NCBI GenBank assembly: GCA_951406725.2
Contig: OX597815.1
Coordinates: 32,736,001-32,800,000 of the forward strand
DNA from: Octopus vulgaris
Taxonomy: Eukaryota
DNA: 64,000 nt
Direction of reading: 5' to 3'
Made by a program: the position numbers and the translations under genes. A model generated the notes under the pieces. It saw only the letters and a list, made by a program, of their open reading frames with translations, had not been told where the DNA came from and searched no databases. Below, piece by piece: positions 10,957 to 23,767 of the stretch; within the stretch, counting starts at the first letter, position 1; the number at the start of each line of letters is the position of its first letter.

Positions 10957-13900
10957 GTAAGAGAATTTTAGTTGCTGGCATTTTGTTAAACTAAACAAAA
11001 AATATGTGATAACGGCTTTCGAGTGTAGACTTACACAAGGGCTCGTGCATAAGAAATTAGTGAGAATATGCACCTATCCTTTTCTTTCCGTTGCATGTAA
11101 CACCATTTTTCTTAGATTTGTCCTTTCTTGATTATTGATAGATCAGATTGAATAACGAAGGTTAACCATATATTCTATGTGAGTGATCTCCAAAAAAGTG
11201 AATTTTAACCGCAGTATAGGATAAAGTCATTTGAAAAGTGCATATTTTCACGGAGGTAGATTGCTTTGTAACACACAGACACACACACATAGATATGGTG
11301 ACACTTAGAATAGGTGAATGTTAGAAATATGCTGATTTTTGCCGAGTCTTGTGAATTGATCGTTACAAGCGTTTAATTAAATCGATTTTAATTTACTTGA
11401 TCCTCTAAATTCGCTTATCCCTCATACCTATCCAAAGTAATCACCTCTACATTGATTAATCTCTCTTATCATACAACTTTCAATGTCATTTAAATAATCC
11501 TTAAAGAAAATCGTTGATTTAGAATTTATATATAGATATATATATATATATCTATATATATGATGCAGTGGGTGTATAATAATGATGATGATAATAATGA
11601 AATAATGTATATGCATGTATATATATTGTCATTTAATGAAATGCAGTGCTTCACCGCTAAGATCGACTGTCAAGCTAGGTTAAATTGACATTAGTACTTT
11701 ACAAAGAAAATAGATTTTTCTTTTTTTACCGTTACAGTAGTCTTTTATCTCTATGCAAGAGAAGCAACTCGCTCCTGTTTACGAATACAATGTCATATTA
11801 CATTTTATTCCACGATCAAAATAGATTTTCATTTATTCACCTATTATATCTTTTGATCGTATTTCACATCTGTATGCTTGCTTAACTGTTGTCCGGTCAC
11901 TCCCTTGACCGGCTGCTTGACATCATTATTAGCTACTATATTTTATTCTTCGATGACTAATTGCTACGGGCAGGTGCATCTCTCACCGGCAACTTCTTAA
12001 CATAGCTTCCCGTCTTTTAATCAGCCGCCAGATCTATTCAAAATGGCGCCGACACGAAACATTCTTTACTTCTCCCTCATTCTCTCTTTCGCTTTCTTTC
12101 TCTTTGTCTTTCCTTCTTTCTATCTATCTCTTCTCTCCCTCTTTTCCTCAGTCTGTATCAGACTCTTTCATTCAGCGTGCCTTGTTACTTGCTGTCTCCA
12201 CTACAACACAATATCTTTCACACGCACACACACAGACACGAACGTTTTGACTAGTTCGATTCGACATCGTGAGACGACGATTTTATCGATCTTACTTGTC
12301 TGTTATTTATCTTGTCAGGTCATGTGTTGTTAATGATGTTCAGGATGGAACCACTATTAACTATTCGGTTTCCACACTCTCACACAACACAACAGGCGAA
12401 GAAGGGGGCGGGCGTAAAAGAAGGAAGGCTTTAAGGGGGTGGATTTCATACAGAGAAATGCGAAGGACCTTTTGCGTTTTAATTCTTGTACTGCCTTGTT
12501 GTATTATCTATGGTAGATGAGAAAATAAAATGCTAGCTTCTTTCCATAAGCGTCTTCCTCTGGCGTCTTCAGTGACAAATGCTGATGATATATATCAACA
12601 TAGCATCATGTTAGCACCTATCAGGTGAATCACTCTTACTCAAGTTAACAGTTGTAAAGCAACATCAACTCATGCGGAACGATCGTCTAATTTACTTCAC
12701 CTGTGTGTGTTAACTTTACGAGAAAGAATTGATAAAAGAAAGTTGATGACTCAACTCATTCTTTCATTTTTTTTCCTTCCTTTAAATCCCATTATTGCGT
12801 TTTGATTTCTTTCTTTCATTCTCTAACATTGCTAATACCAAAAAGCATTTCGCTTACTCGCGTTGTTGCTTGTTAAGAATTGTATTTGTTATTTCTGATT
12901 CCCATTTTCTTTTGACAAGGTCAAATTTTGTGGGGAAGAGCTTATAGGTAATTAGATCGCACTAGTGTATATTTACTGTCATTTAATCCCCCCCCCCCCG
13001 AAAGTATGAACGGTACAGTTAATATCAGTTTAATTTGAAGAGACGAGATCAAGTATGGAAGTAGTACTATGTTCTGTCAATTTCTGCCAACTCACTGCCT
13101 TTTGTATATGAATATAATGTTGGTAAATATATTTTTTATCCCCGACCACTTGAACAATTACACAAAACTGTCTTAGAGTCGAAGATAGTCCTACATAAAC
13201 TGAACACCTTTGTTGATAGACCTGTTCAATCAAAGCTAACCTGTGGCTAAACAACCATTGCTATATATTATATTATGTGCTTGAAATGTTTAGGCGACAG
13301 GAATTGAGAGGCTGTGAGCTGTGATTCTCATCCTATCCATTTATTTAATTTCGATGTAGTGTTGGTACTTGCGTTATCGATACTGAAAAAGAATGCCGGT
13401 ATCAGTAGGATTTCAGCACGAGAACGGAAGGCGTCCGAAAGCGATACCTTACAAATAATATATAATCGTTAGAATATGAGGCAAGTTATAAATGGTCTGT
13501 CGACAGTGAAAAGTAGGAGTAGAAAAATAAAATAAAAGATAACCTGTTGTGATGCATGAAAAAATATCTAACGTTTCAAGCTGACCCCTCTTGTATCAGT
13601 CATTCCGACATACAAAGGAGCCGCTTTGTAATCACTCGATTTATTAGAAATAGCTGCCAAATATCCTTCAAATCATACCCTTCTGGTTGAAAAACAAAGA
13701 CTGGATAGTCATGGCTGGAATACCTTTCCACATAAGTCTGCTCAGTTACAGTTGACGTGGGGCTAACCAACAACGGAGCCTTTACGCGGATGCTTTTCCT
13801 AGGTTGGCGCTTTACAAGGCAAATTCTTCAACACAAAGCAGGATACATTTGACAATTTAGTCCTGGCTATATTAAAGAATTAAGACGAGATAGTCGCCGC

Positions 13901-14962
13901 TGGAACACCTTTCATCATGCATCTTCCTTGATTAAGGGTGACGTGGGGATAAGCAAAACATATTTGAATCATAGGTTCCAAACGAAATTTTTAAAGAAAG
14001 AGAATAAAGAAATGATATTCGTATTCATATTTTTTTCTCAAGGACATTATCTACTCAAAAACTGAGATTCGAGACCGAATTGCAGACAATGAACGCAATA
14101 TATATTAACTAGTACTTGTTTACATAATTTTGTGATTTGTAAAACGTGTAAACAATTTTTTTTAATAGTCCCACGATGTTGAAATCACCGTGACAAGCAC
14201 TCTGTTTCGCTGCCGCAGTCAATCAATCTAGCTTAGCGCCCATTCACTTCACTGTGCCTATGTAAGAAATTATATGATGAAGATAATCCAATGACACTTT
14301 CAAATAACGTTGCTCACAAGATATCACTACACACGAGTATCATATATGTTATATGCCACAATATCGGGTTATACTACCATAACCAGTAATAAACTGTTCG
14401 GCGATATATAAAAATGTAACGACTTACTGACAACTGTCTGAGAATTATATATACACACACACACACACACTTGGATATATGTATGACATCTGGACATATA
14501 ATTAATAGCGTGTATAGCTTTCTGAATAGTTTGTGTCTACCAAATTCTACTCAAATCCCGAAGTTACTTGCTCAAGGTGCTCGTTGTGGTATCGAACCAG
14601 GAGCCACGTGCATGCGAAGCGAACTTCTTAACCACATAACCATGTTTGCACTTCTGAGCTTCTAAAAATAAAACTTGCCCAGCAACCACGACCATTATTT
14701 TTGCACAAGACGATATTTAAGGAAAGCAACTAGTACCGTACAAAATCCCTCTCTTACGGGTTTTTAATCAAATCCTTTTTCGTCAAACTAATGGTCGTTA
14801 AAATTTTTTTTTTTTATCACATCCCACGCATCTTTAGTTTGGGTACCTCTTCGATGATTGTAGAAACACCCTCATTTAATATCACCGAGATGTCACAATC
14901 GTTCTTGGTGTTATAATGTGTGTGTGTATGTATATATATATATATATATATATAATGATAAA

Positions 14963-15093
14963 TCCCTTCACAAATACTGATAGGGCACAGAAAGTGTGTC
15001 TATAGCCAGCTGGAGGAGGTGTCTTCCTGGGGCTACAAACTTACAGTAGCATCCACCCTTAGGGGTTAGCCATATTCAAATGGCAAATATACG

Positions 15094-15098
<5 letters not shown>
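14963..15098. repeat. Multi-hairpin dispersed element in (TA)n, copy 1
   Basis: Closely similar to 52507-52641; both end CACT-(TA)n. Confidence 0.85.
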
Positions 15099-15133
<35 letters not shown>

Positions 15134-16639
15134 TACATGCATACACACACACAGAGTGAACTCTGTGCGTAATGTAGAATGGTTCCTCATTTCACTAGAA
15201 TTCTATCACCTACGGCTGCAACAACTACTGCTGCTACTACAATAACAAAAGCTACTACTTTTACAAAAGTTAATAATAATAATAATAATGATTGTTGTAA
15301 AAGCTGTTGTCGCTGCCAACGAAAGTCTCTGCTACCGTTTGGTTATTCACATGAGGCGGGGGTGGCAGGTTGGATGGTGCTGGAAACACCACCGCACACA
15401 CATACTTACTCATTCTAAACCGCGCGTACTCTCTCTCATATACGCATACTTGCACACACACACACATATACACCGTATAGAAACGGTAAACTTACATTAA
15501 GGGCGTTGATATTTTCTCTCGTGTCTCCCTTCCTCTCACTCGAACTCTTCATCTCCCATGACTCATATTGCCTTCATTTATTTTTTTTTCTCTTTTTTTC
15601 ATTATGATGATGATTATTATTAGCATCATTATTGCTATTATCACACCCCTACCCACCCGCGTGCACACACAGACCACACACACGCACACATACATACATG
15701 CTTGCATTTATAAAGCAAGGTTTCAATTTTCATTTGTATTTACTGAAATGTAGAATAAGTATTTCAAACCAGAAATGTATAGTTGATTTTTAAATCATTT
15801 TTATTAAAATAAGGGGGTGGGGGCAGAACAAAACGAAAAAAAAAAAATTTTAAACCCCCCCCAAAAAACACACCATTATCGCATTTCAATTCGTTGTTTA
15901 CAAAGAATTTCCTTATAGTACTCGAGTGTGTGTGTGTGTAGCTAAGATGTTTAACATTCTTCTACACATCATCATCTCCATTATAAAATGTTGCGGAAAG
16001 ATTTTAAGCTTCGCCTTACAAATTATGTACAAATTATGTATGCGTATGTGTGTGTGTATGTGCTTGTAATGTATGTGTGTGCGTGTGTTCCATTGTTATT
16101 ATTCCGTGGCTAAACTGTGAAATTCTTCGGATATTTCTGGATATTTCAATTACATCTGTTTCTCACAAAGCCGCCTTTTTTAATCTACAAAGAGCCTGAC
16201 ATTAGAAGGATTTAATAAACACAAATAAATAAATGTGAAATAATAGCAAATAAGCATTAAAATATGTGTTGCATGTAATTTACTCCTTCACTGCGTGCCT
16301 CTGCGCTCTAGATATATTACGAACTTTAAATATCAATGTCTACTCCATAAATTCTTGAATTTAATCAAATAACACCCCCAGCAACATAACAACACACAGT
16401 TGAGCCAATCCAAGAAGAAAGCCTCTACACAGTTTTACAACTTGTTGGGAAATAGCAGCCAAATCTCTCTAAAATCATATCTTAGAAATGGACACATTGC
16501 ACAATGCAGTCCTACGTATACAAAAAAGATGGAATGGTCACAGTTGGAACACATTTGGTCATAGGTCTGCTTAATTAGAATAGATCAGTAGCAATGCCCA
16601 GTTGAGTGTGAGTCTCATTATAAGAAAGAGATTATTGGT

Positions 16640-16828
16640 TTTAAATTTCGGCACAAGGCCAGCAAGTTTGCATTACTTCACCTGATACTTGTTTTATCGA
16701 CCTCGGAAGAATGAAAGGAAAAATTGACCTCGTTGGAATTTGAGCTCAGAACGTATAAGATGGATGAAGAGCGCCTAAGTATTTTGCTTTGCCCGGTGTG
16801 CTAACGATTCTGCCAACTCGCCGCCTGA
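16640..16828 (-). mobile_element. SINE family D
   Basis: Minus-strand head AGGCGGCGAGTTGGCAGAATCGTTAGCAC; similar to 36999 and 56847-57065. Confidence 0.75.
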
Positions 16829-17954
16829 GTTAATGAAAACATTATTAAAAGGTTCATGTCTAAATATCAATGTATGCATACATCATACTGTTGATGAGTG
16901 AGAAGTACATTCTCTTAACCATTTAGTCACCTTGCACCACTAACAATTGTTAATGAGCCAATAGTAGAGCATCTATGTTCTTGCACCACTTACTAGAAAT
17001 AGCAGCCAAATCTTTTTTAAACCACACATACACTCTCATTTTTATATAAAAAAATAAAGACAGTGTAGTCTGGAATACATAAAGCTCGAAAAAAAGACAT
17101 GAAATGGTTTTGGCTAGAATCCCTTTTGTCAAAGATCTACCTGACTGGGACTGATCTGGGATCAAACAGCAACTTCACTGTGATAAATGATAATAACGGT
17201 AGAGTGTAGACAAATGTACTTTTGTAGTATTTAGTTATATTCTTTTATATTCTGAGCTAAAATTCTACTTACGGTCTGACTTTATTTTCATCTCCTCTGT
17301 AATTAATAAAATAAGTATGAGTCAAGTACAAAGATGGTGTAATCAGTGTGTCCTCTCACCTCACCTCCACTCCACTCACACCAAACACACATTTCTGGCC
17401 TTGTGTCAGTGATAAAAATCAATATGTACATGAAAATGGTTTCATATACTCATAAATTTATGTACGTGTGTGTTTTACTAAATGTAGACATGTGTTCATG
17501 CCTCAATGTGTGTGTTTCCGTGTGTACATTTACACGTATGTATGAATGTATCATCATCATCATCATCATCCTTGTTTTAACATCCACTTTTCCATGCATG
17601 CATGAATCTGATGGACATTATTAAGTAGATTTTCTTCAGACAGATGCCCATCCTGTTGCCAACCTTTATCTGTTTCCAAGCAACATAAATTAATATTTCC
17701 CTTTGACCAGACATGTTTTTTCTACAGAATATTGGAAATGAATGATATACTGTTTGTGCGACGATGACACTCGTTTGCAACAATCACTCGATGTCAGGAC
17801 AAAGTGACATAAACATACTGACACACACATGTATACATACATGTATATGTGTGTGTGTGTATTTACACTATTCATAGCATGTTTTTCAGGATGTAGCTGA
17901 AGACAACTTGATGCAGATGTCAGCATGTGTAGAAGATGAAGGTGCATCAGTCAA

Positions 17955-18355
17955 GCCTTTAGCATTGAGATTACTCTGTGAAATGTAATGCTTATTTATT
18001 CACATTGCTTCTCATTAATCATGCTTTATCTCATAGCTTTGAGATTATGATGATGATGATGATCATCATCATCGTTTAACATCCGTTTTCCATGCTAGCA
18101 TGGGTTGGACGGTTCAACTGGGGTCTGGGAAGCCAGAAGGCTGCACCAGGCCCAGTCTGATCTGGCAGTGTTTCTACGGCTGGATGCCCTTCCTAACGCC
18201 AACTACTCCGTGAGTGTAGTGAGTGCTACAATGATGTGATTATTTAATTTCGACATGACATTGCAGAGTAGGTGTGAGAGGCCAGATCTGGCTGGTTTGA
18301 ACAAAAACCAGGTAGAATATTTGGACTAGGTATGGCAGGTTTAGATGTTAAAGGG
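17955..18355. mobile_element. piggyBac-like MITE interrupted by an RTE-tail element (18063-18228)
   Basis: Same family as 38250-38469; ends AAAGGG-TTAA. Confidence 0.65.
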
Positions 18356-18795
18356 TTAAAGTCAAAGTGCATTAGCTTATGCTAGATACCCAAATCCATG
18401 CATAGGACAATTTACACGTTGAACAACTGAAATATGAAAATCAAAGTTGATGAAAGTAAATGGGAATGAACACACACATGCACACATTCTTTTTTTTTTT
18501 TTCACTTGCTGGTCTTGGAGTAAAGACCAGTGCACATGGTTTTTGTACTGGCCCTTTATGAGTGGTGAGATTGATACCCCATTGTCTGCTTTGACTGACT
18601 GACAAAATCCAGCACTAGGCAAAACTTAAGAAGCACTTTTAAACTTTTCAATGTAAAAATGTTTGATTCTGTACATAAATGTACTGAGTAATCTATCAAT
18701 TGTTTGACTGCTTTATGTATAACTATACAGGATAAAATGCACACATATATATGCAGTATATGTAATATATACATTATATGTCTGCATATGTAAAT

Positions 18796-18953
18796 GCAGG
18801 AGTGGCTGTAGTAAGTAGCTTGCTTACCACCCACATTGTTCCCGGTTCAGTCCCACTGTGTGGTACCTTGGGCAAGTGTCTTCTACTATAGCCTCGGGCC
18901 GTCCAAAGCCTTGCAAGAGGATTTGGTAGACGGAAACCGAAAGAAGCCCGTTG

Positions 18954-18990
<37 letters not shown>

Positions 18991-19222
18991 GTTTGTGTAT
19001 CTGTGTTTGTCTCCCCAACATCGCTTGACAACCGATGCTGGTGTGTTTACGTCCCCGTAACTTAGCGGTTCGGCAAGAGAGACCGATAGAATAAGTACTA
19101 GACTTACAAAGAATAAGTCCTGGAGTCGATTTGCTTGACTAAAGGCAGTACTCCAGCATGGCTGCATTCAAATGACTGAAACAAATAAAAGAATAAAAGA
19201 AAAAGAATACAAAAAGAAAAGA
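18796..19222 (+). mobile_element. SINE family A
   Basis: Full-length homologue of 970-1374. Confidence 0.9.
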
Positions 19223-19625
19223 ATATAATATATCATCATCATCATCATATATGCAGTATATGTAATATATACATTATATGCCCGCATATAAAATATATTA
19301 TATGGAGACATACCTGTATACCTCTATGCATAAATTTATATAATTAAATTTCTTGTGATTGTGTGGACTGAGTTTCTTCAAATCTGCTAGTTCAAGGCTT
19401 CTAATTTTGGTACTTGAAATTTTAGGGCCATTTTGAGAACAACCAGTAGACATAGGAGCTGATTGCTATTGGCTATTTTACAACTTTTTTTCATCTTCCA
19501 TATATTAACCATATATAATAGCATGCCTTGATAATGTGTGTACTGGGGGTTGAGAAGGCTCATTAGTCTTTTTTGAGGACATGACAACCTCTTTAGTGTT
19601 GGTGCCTTTATATATATATATATAG

Positions 19626-19721
19626 GGAGACTTTACGAAAAAAACGAAAGACAAAGACACGTGGTGTACAAAACAAACAGATGTATTAGTATAACGCTCA
19701 GGAATAGAAAAAATATTTTAC
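19626..19721 (-). mobile_element. Truncated copy of the HHR-bearing 52809-52994 element
   Basis: Shares GTGGTGTACAAAACAA...ATGTATTAGTATAACGCTCAGGAATAGAAAAA; flanked by (TA)n. Confidence 0.75.
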
Positions 19722-19734
19722 TATATATATATAG

Positions 19735-20051
19735 TTATGGAGATGTACTTGCATAGCAAGTGACTTGATCTGAGATCGTGTGCTGGAACGAAAACAATTG
19801 CAGCGTGGAAGGTGTTTATAAGCTATTTAAGAAACACACAAAAACCATTAGATTCACTTCACCATTTAAATTTAATTTGTCAAAATATTTTCGTCACTTT
19901 GAGACCGCAACCTGTTCACTGACAAAATTCCGTGCTGCATCTCAAAACGCTGAAAATATTTCGACAAATTAAATTTAAATGTTGAAGTGAATCTAACAGT
20001 TTTTGTGTGTTTCTTAAATGGCTTATAAACACCTTCCATGCTGCAATTGTT

Positions 20052-20052
<1 letters not shown>
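19735..20052. mobile_element. Fold-back element of the HHR(G3-C8) family in (TA)n
   Basis: 19791-19905 is inverted as 19940-20052. Confidence 0.85.
19876..19926 (-). ncRNA. Type-I hammerhead motif, G3-C8 core
   Basis: UUUGUCA-GUGAACA-G-GUUGC(ggucucaaa)GUGAC-GAAA-AUAU-U-U-UGACAAA; 7-bp stem I. Confidence 0.72.
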
Positions 20053-20095
<43 letters not shown>

Positions 20096-20099
20096 AGAA

Positions 20100-21003
20100 T
20101 TTAATGTGAAGGAGAAGGTGATAGTGACATATACCATAGAAGACAACTGGAAGTTCCTCCAGAGAAAACTTATGGAGGGCCACAGACCAAATTTGTGGCT
20201 GAAGCACAGTTCTACCCAGGCTTAGGATGACATGATGGTCGAACAGTGAAGTAGACAGGGCTATAAAAGCAAAGAAACAGGTAAGGAAGGACTAGAAGAG
20301 TAGGAGTGACAGACAAGTATATTAGGTAGCTCGAAGGGAAGTCAGATGATAGGTTATGTTTAGCTTGGGGAGAGGCAGAAAGAAGAAGTTTGCCAATGTT
20401 TTGTGACCTGAGAACCAGAGGCATGATGAGGTGTTCCAGATTGTTAGACAGTGTGTCAGAGAAAATCATGATGTTATAGGGGAGAAGTGTGTTCGTATGG
20501 ATAATGGTATACTTTCGCTTAGTGAATCTGTGAAGTAAGAGGCATGGAAGTGCCACTATAGAGGGCTGCTAAGTGTGGAGAATGCATGGGAAAGGGAAAA
20601 TTTTCCTGATGTGGACCTAACAGAGGGACTATTTATCTGAGCTGACAGCAGAATGAGAAAGCAATTAAGGATATGAAGACAGAGAAAACTCCTGGTCCAT
20701 CAGGAATTACTGTTGAGATGCTTCAAATATTTGGCAGAATGGGATATAGCCTGGTCACCTGTATAGTTAATCAGGTTGTCCAAGATGGTGTCATACCCAA
20801 TGATTGGTATAACAGCATTATTATCAACTGCTACAAAGGCATCAAATTACTGGACCAGGTCATGAAAGTTGCAGAAAGCATCATAGCTTAACAAATTAGG
20901 AAGTGAGTTAACCTAGATGAGATGTAGTTTGGTTTTGTGCCAGTGAGAAGTACTACTAATGATGCTGTCTTTTTAGTAAGGCAACTGCAGAAGAAGCATT
21001 TAT
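20100..21003 (+). pseudogene. RTE-clade LINE, N-terminal part of reverse transcriptase
   Basis: KAIKDMKTEKTPGPSGITVEML...IPNDWYNSIIINCYKG...IKLLDQVMKVAE...LDEM*FGFVPVRSTT; several stops. Confidence 0.85.
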
Positions 21004-21055
21004 CATTTAGCTAGTGACATTTATATATATATATATCTATATCTATATCTATCTA

Positions 21056-21086
<31 letters not shown>

Positions 21087-21099
21087 TCACACATGTGTG

Positions 21100-21340
21100 C
21101 GTGCATAAGAAATCAGGTGTAGTGTGCAGTACAGGAAAACTGCTGCACTGACATGGATATGTGGTGTGTTGGAAGGTTGACATTTGATTGTAGAAGTGCC
21201 AAACTACCCAAGTGAAATGAACTTGCGAAAGAGAAAGAAATGGTGAAAGCTGATTTTAAGATGTAGCTCCACTAAAGGTAACGAGGAACTGTAGTAAGTC
21301 AACTGACACATCCAACCCTTGCTAAGATAGATAAACAGTT
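21100..21340 (+). pseudogene. RTE-like LINE 3' remnant
   Basis: Decayed C-terminal traces and a tail resembling the RTE-tail elements. Confidence 0.45.
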
Positions 21341-21369
21341 TGTTGGTTGTAAGATGATGGTGATGATGA

Positions 21370-21750
21370 TCATGATCATCATTATCTTTAATGTCTGTTG
21401 TCCATGCTGGCATGGGTTGCATGGTTTGACCAGGGCTTGTAAGCTGAAGGGCTGCACCAGACTGCAGTCTGATTTGGCATGGTTTCTATAGCTGGATTCC
21501 CTTCCTAACACCAACCACTCCAAGGGTAATGGGTGCTTTTGCATGCCACTGGCACGGGTGCCAGTTGTGTGACACCAGTATCTGCCACAACTACAATTTC
21601 ACTTGGCTTGATGGGTTTTCTACTCAAGCACAGCATATTGCCAAAGGTCTCAGTCATTCATCATTGCCTCTGCAAGGCCTAAGGCTTGAAAGGTGCATTT
21701 TACACAGCACCAGTATGGGTACTAGTTACATGATACTGGCATTGGCCACA
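21370..21750 (-). mobile_element. RTE-tail short element with (GAT)n tail
   Basis: TCCATGCTGGCATGGGTT motif next to (CAT)n; family also at 22085-22290, 26715-27095, 58168-58363 and 62819-63038. Confidence 0.75.
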
Positions 21751-23076
21751 TTGCCTGCAGTAAAGTTACGTATGGTTTTACTTTGGTTTCATTTATGAGG
21801 ATTCAAATGAAATACTCACTGGATTGATGTCAAGGTTGCAGAGCATTCCCCAGATATTTTTATCTTTAATGTTATTCTCAGTCAGAATCAGTATGACATA
21901 ATATGACAAGACTATTACTTTTGAATTACAGATACAAACCATCTGATAAAATTTTTTATACAGTTTCTGTCCACTTTCATTTGCAAGGTATGTGTCAATC
22001 GAAAGTTACACAAAATGACATTTGCCAAACATTGAGCCTGTGAGCTCTTGATTGCGAAAAGAACTTGAGACATACGTATATATCATCATCATTTAATATC
22101 CATTTTCCATGCTGACGTGGGTTGAATGGTTTGACAGGAATTGGCTAGGCCATGGGCTGCACCAGGCTCCATAGTCAGTTTCAGTTTGGTTTATACAGCT
22201 GCATGTCCTTCCTAATGCCAACCACTTTACAGAGTGTACTGGGTGCTTTTTATGTGGCACCAGCACCGACACCACTATTTTTTATGTGCCACCTTTAGAT
22301 TCCTTGGAAGAAAGCAAGCGAATGTATAGGAAAACAAGGACAAAAAAATGGAGAAATGGTACACAAATACAAACAACAAGACATTAGCAACAGGTGTCAT
22401 TCAACTAAGGAGGAAGTAAATTAAGCTGGCGTGTGTGGAAGTGAAGCCTTACAGCAGGGACATACGAGATGAAAGTCATGGGAAGGAATATAGATGTTGC
22501 ATGGATGGTAGTCGAGCCAAGAAAGAATGGTTAGGTTTGGCAGAACACCGGTCACCTGGAAGGAGAGGAGAGTAGTAGGGACAGAGAGATAGAAGAATTA
22601 GGAACAGATGAGAAAGAAAGAAAAAAGAAAGGGACAGAGTGAGGTAAAAGTGGAGGCAAGGTGAGAATGAAGGGGAAGGCCAAGAAATGTGAGAGAGGCG
22701 GGTGAGAAATAGAGAAGGGGAAAGAACGAAATAAGTGTGAAATAAGGGGCTGAAAGAAAGAATAAGAGAGTTGTACAGAATTTATATATATATGTACTTA
22801 CATATAAGAGACCAAAAGTGTATGTATGCCACTATATGTATATATAAAAAAGAAAACAAAAGATGGAACAAGAACATAACAGGCAACAACAAAACATCCG
22901 GACAGTTAGATGATACAAAAAAGGACAGGAAAAAATAACGATGGGTTGTTTGGAATTTTCTATCTTCAGTCAAGTTCCAGATTTTCACAGCAGTTTCAGC
23001 CGGTTACACTTGAGACTGCTCCAATCTGGCAGCCCCAAGAAAATCTAAGCTAAATATATATATATATATATATATA

Positions 23077-23441
23077 TCTATTATATAAAATCTGTTCTGT
23101 CTCTGTGTGTGTGTATGTAAATACCGGCGGTATCAGGGCGTGTATAAACCTTGAAAAATTACAAAAATCGATTCCAGGTGAGAATGCGATCAATAAAGCC
23201 ATGGGAATGTGCTTTGTACGCGCAAGTACATCAGCTGTTGCGATCGATACTACACGTACGCGAGAAAAATGCAGTGTCTCAAATTTCGGTTAAGTCAGTG
23301 TTTCTCAAAGGGGAGGCCTAAGGGACGGTCGGACAAGTAAGTTGTTTCGAGAAAATTTGGTTTAAATGTTTGACAACTCAGCACCGTCCATTGGACGGAG
23401 GGGTGGGCGTTTTGCTCTTACAAGTAAAACGCGTCCAGCTG

Positions 23442-23442
<1 letters not shown>
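23077..23442 (+). mobile_element. Non-autonomous Helitron-like element
   Basis: 5' TCTATTATATAAAA after an A; subterminal hairpin GCGTTTTGCT...AGTAAAACGC; 3' end AGCTGT is an imperfect CTRR. Confidence 0.55.
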
Positions 23443-23475
<33 letters not shown>

Positions 23476-23495
23476 GATGTTTTTTTTTTCAATAT

Positions 23496-23696
23496 GTGAC
23501 TGCATGTGTATCGTTGGCGATTTTCTTTCTCCATCTTCCCTTCCTTGGATCTTTCCTTTTCCTATGTTTCTGACGAAGAGCTCCGCTTGAAACATTAATC
23601 CTCCTTCTTTCTTTCCTTTCCTGAGCGTCCAATAACACTATACTTGTTCCACGTCCTCGTGTTGTGTTTTCTCTTTGTTCATGTTTGGATTAGCTA
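23496..23696 (+). mobile_element. Short HHR-bearing PLE/retrozyme-like element in (TA)n
   Basis: Pyrimidine-rich leader, HHR at 23566-23600, downstream CCTGAGCG block shared with the reverse complement of 52809-52994. Confidence 0.65.
23566..23600 (+). ncRNA. Minimal type-I hammerhead motif (decayed)
   Basis: GUUU-CUGACGA-A-GAGC(ucc)GCUU-GAAA-CA-U-U-AAUC. Confidence 0.65.
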
Positions 23697-23767
23697 CATA
23701 TATATATATATATATATGGCAGAAACGTTAGCACGCCGGACAAAATTTCTTCCGTCTTTTTCATAGT

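Larger units (their letters stand above)
10000..16350. promoter_or_regulatory. CpG-retaining promoter-like domain
   Basis: Visibly more CpG than the flanks; E2F-like TTTCCCGC (10067), YY1-like CAAAATGGCGCC (12039), GC boxes near 12404 and 15353. Confidence 0.5.

Noticed and set aside
12043-12333. 96-aa hydrophobic ORF with a good start context
   Set aside because: Encoded mostly by CT-rich low-complexity sequence with no recognisable domain; the ATG lies in a YY1-like motif
18746-19289. Direct repeat of about 43 bp on both sides of a SINE, as a giant TSD
   Set aside because: The repeats are not flush with the SINE ends and lie in TA-rich low-complexity DNA
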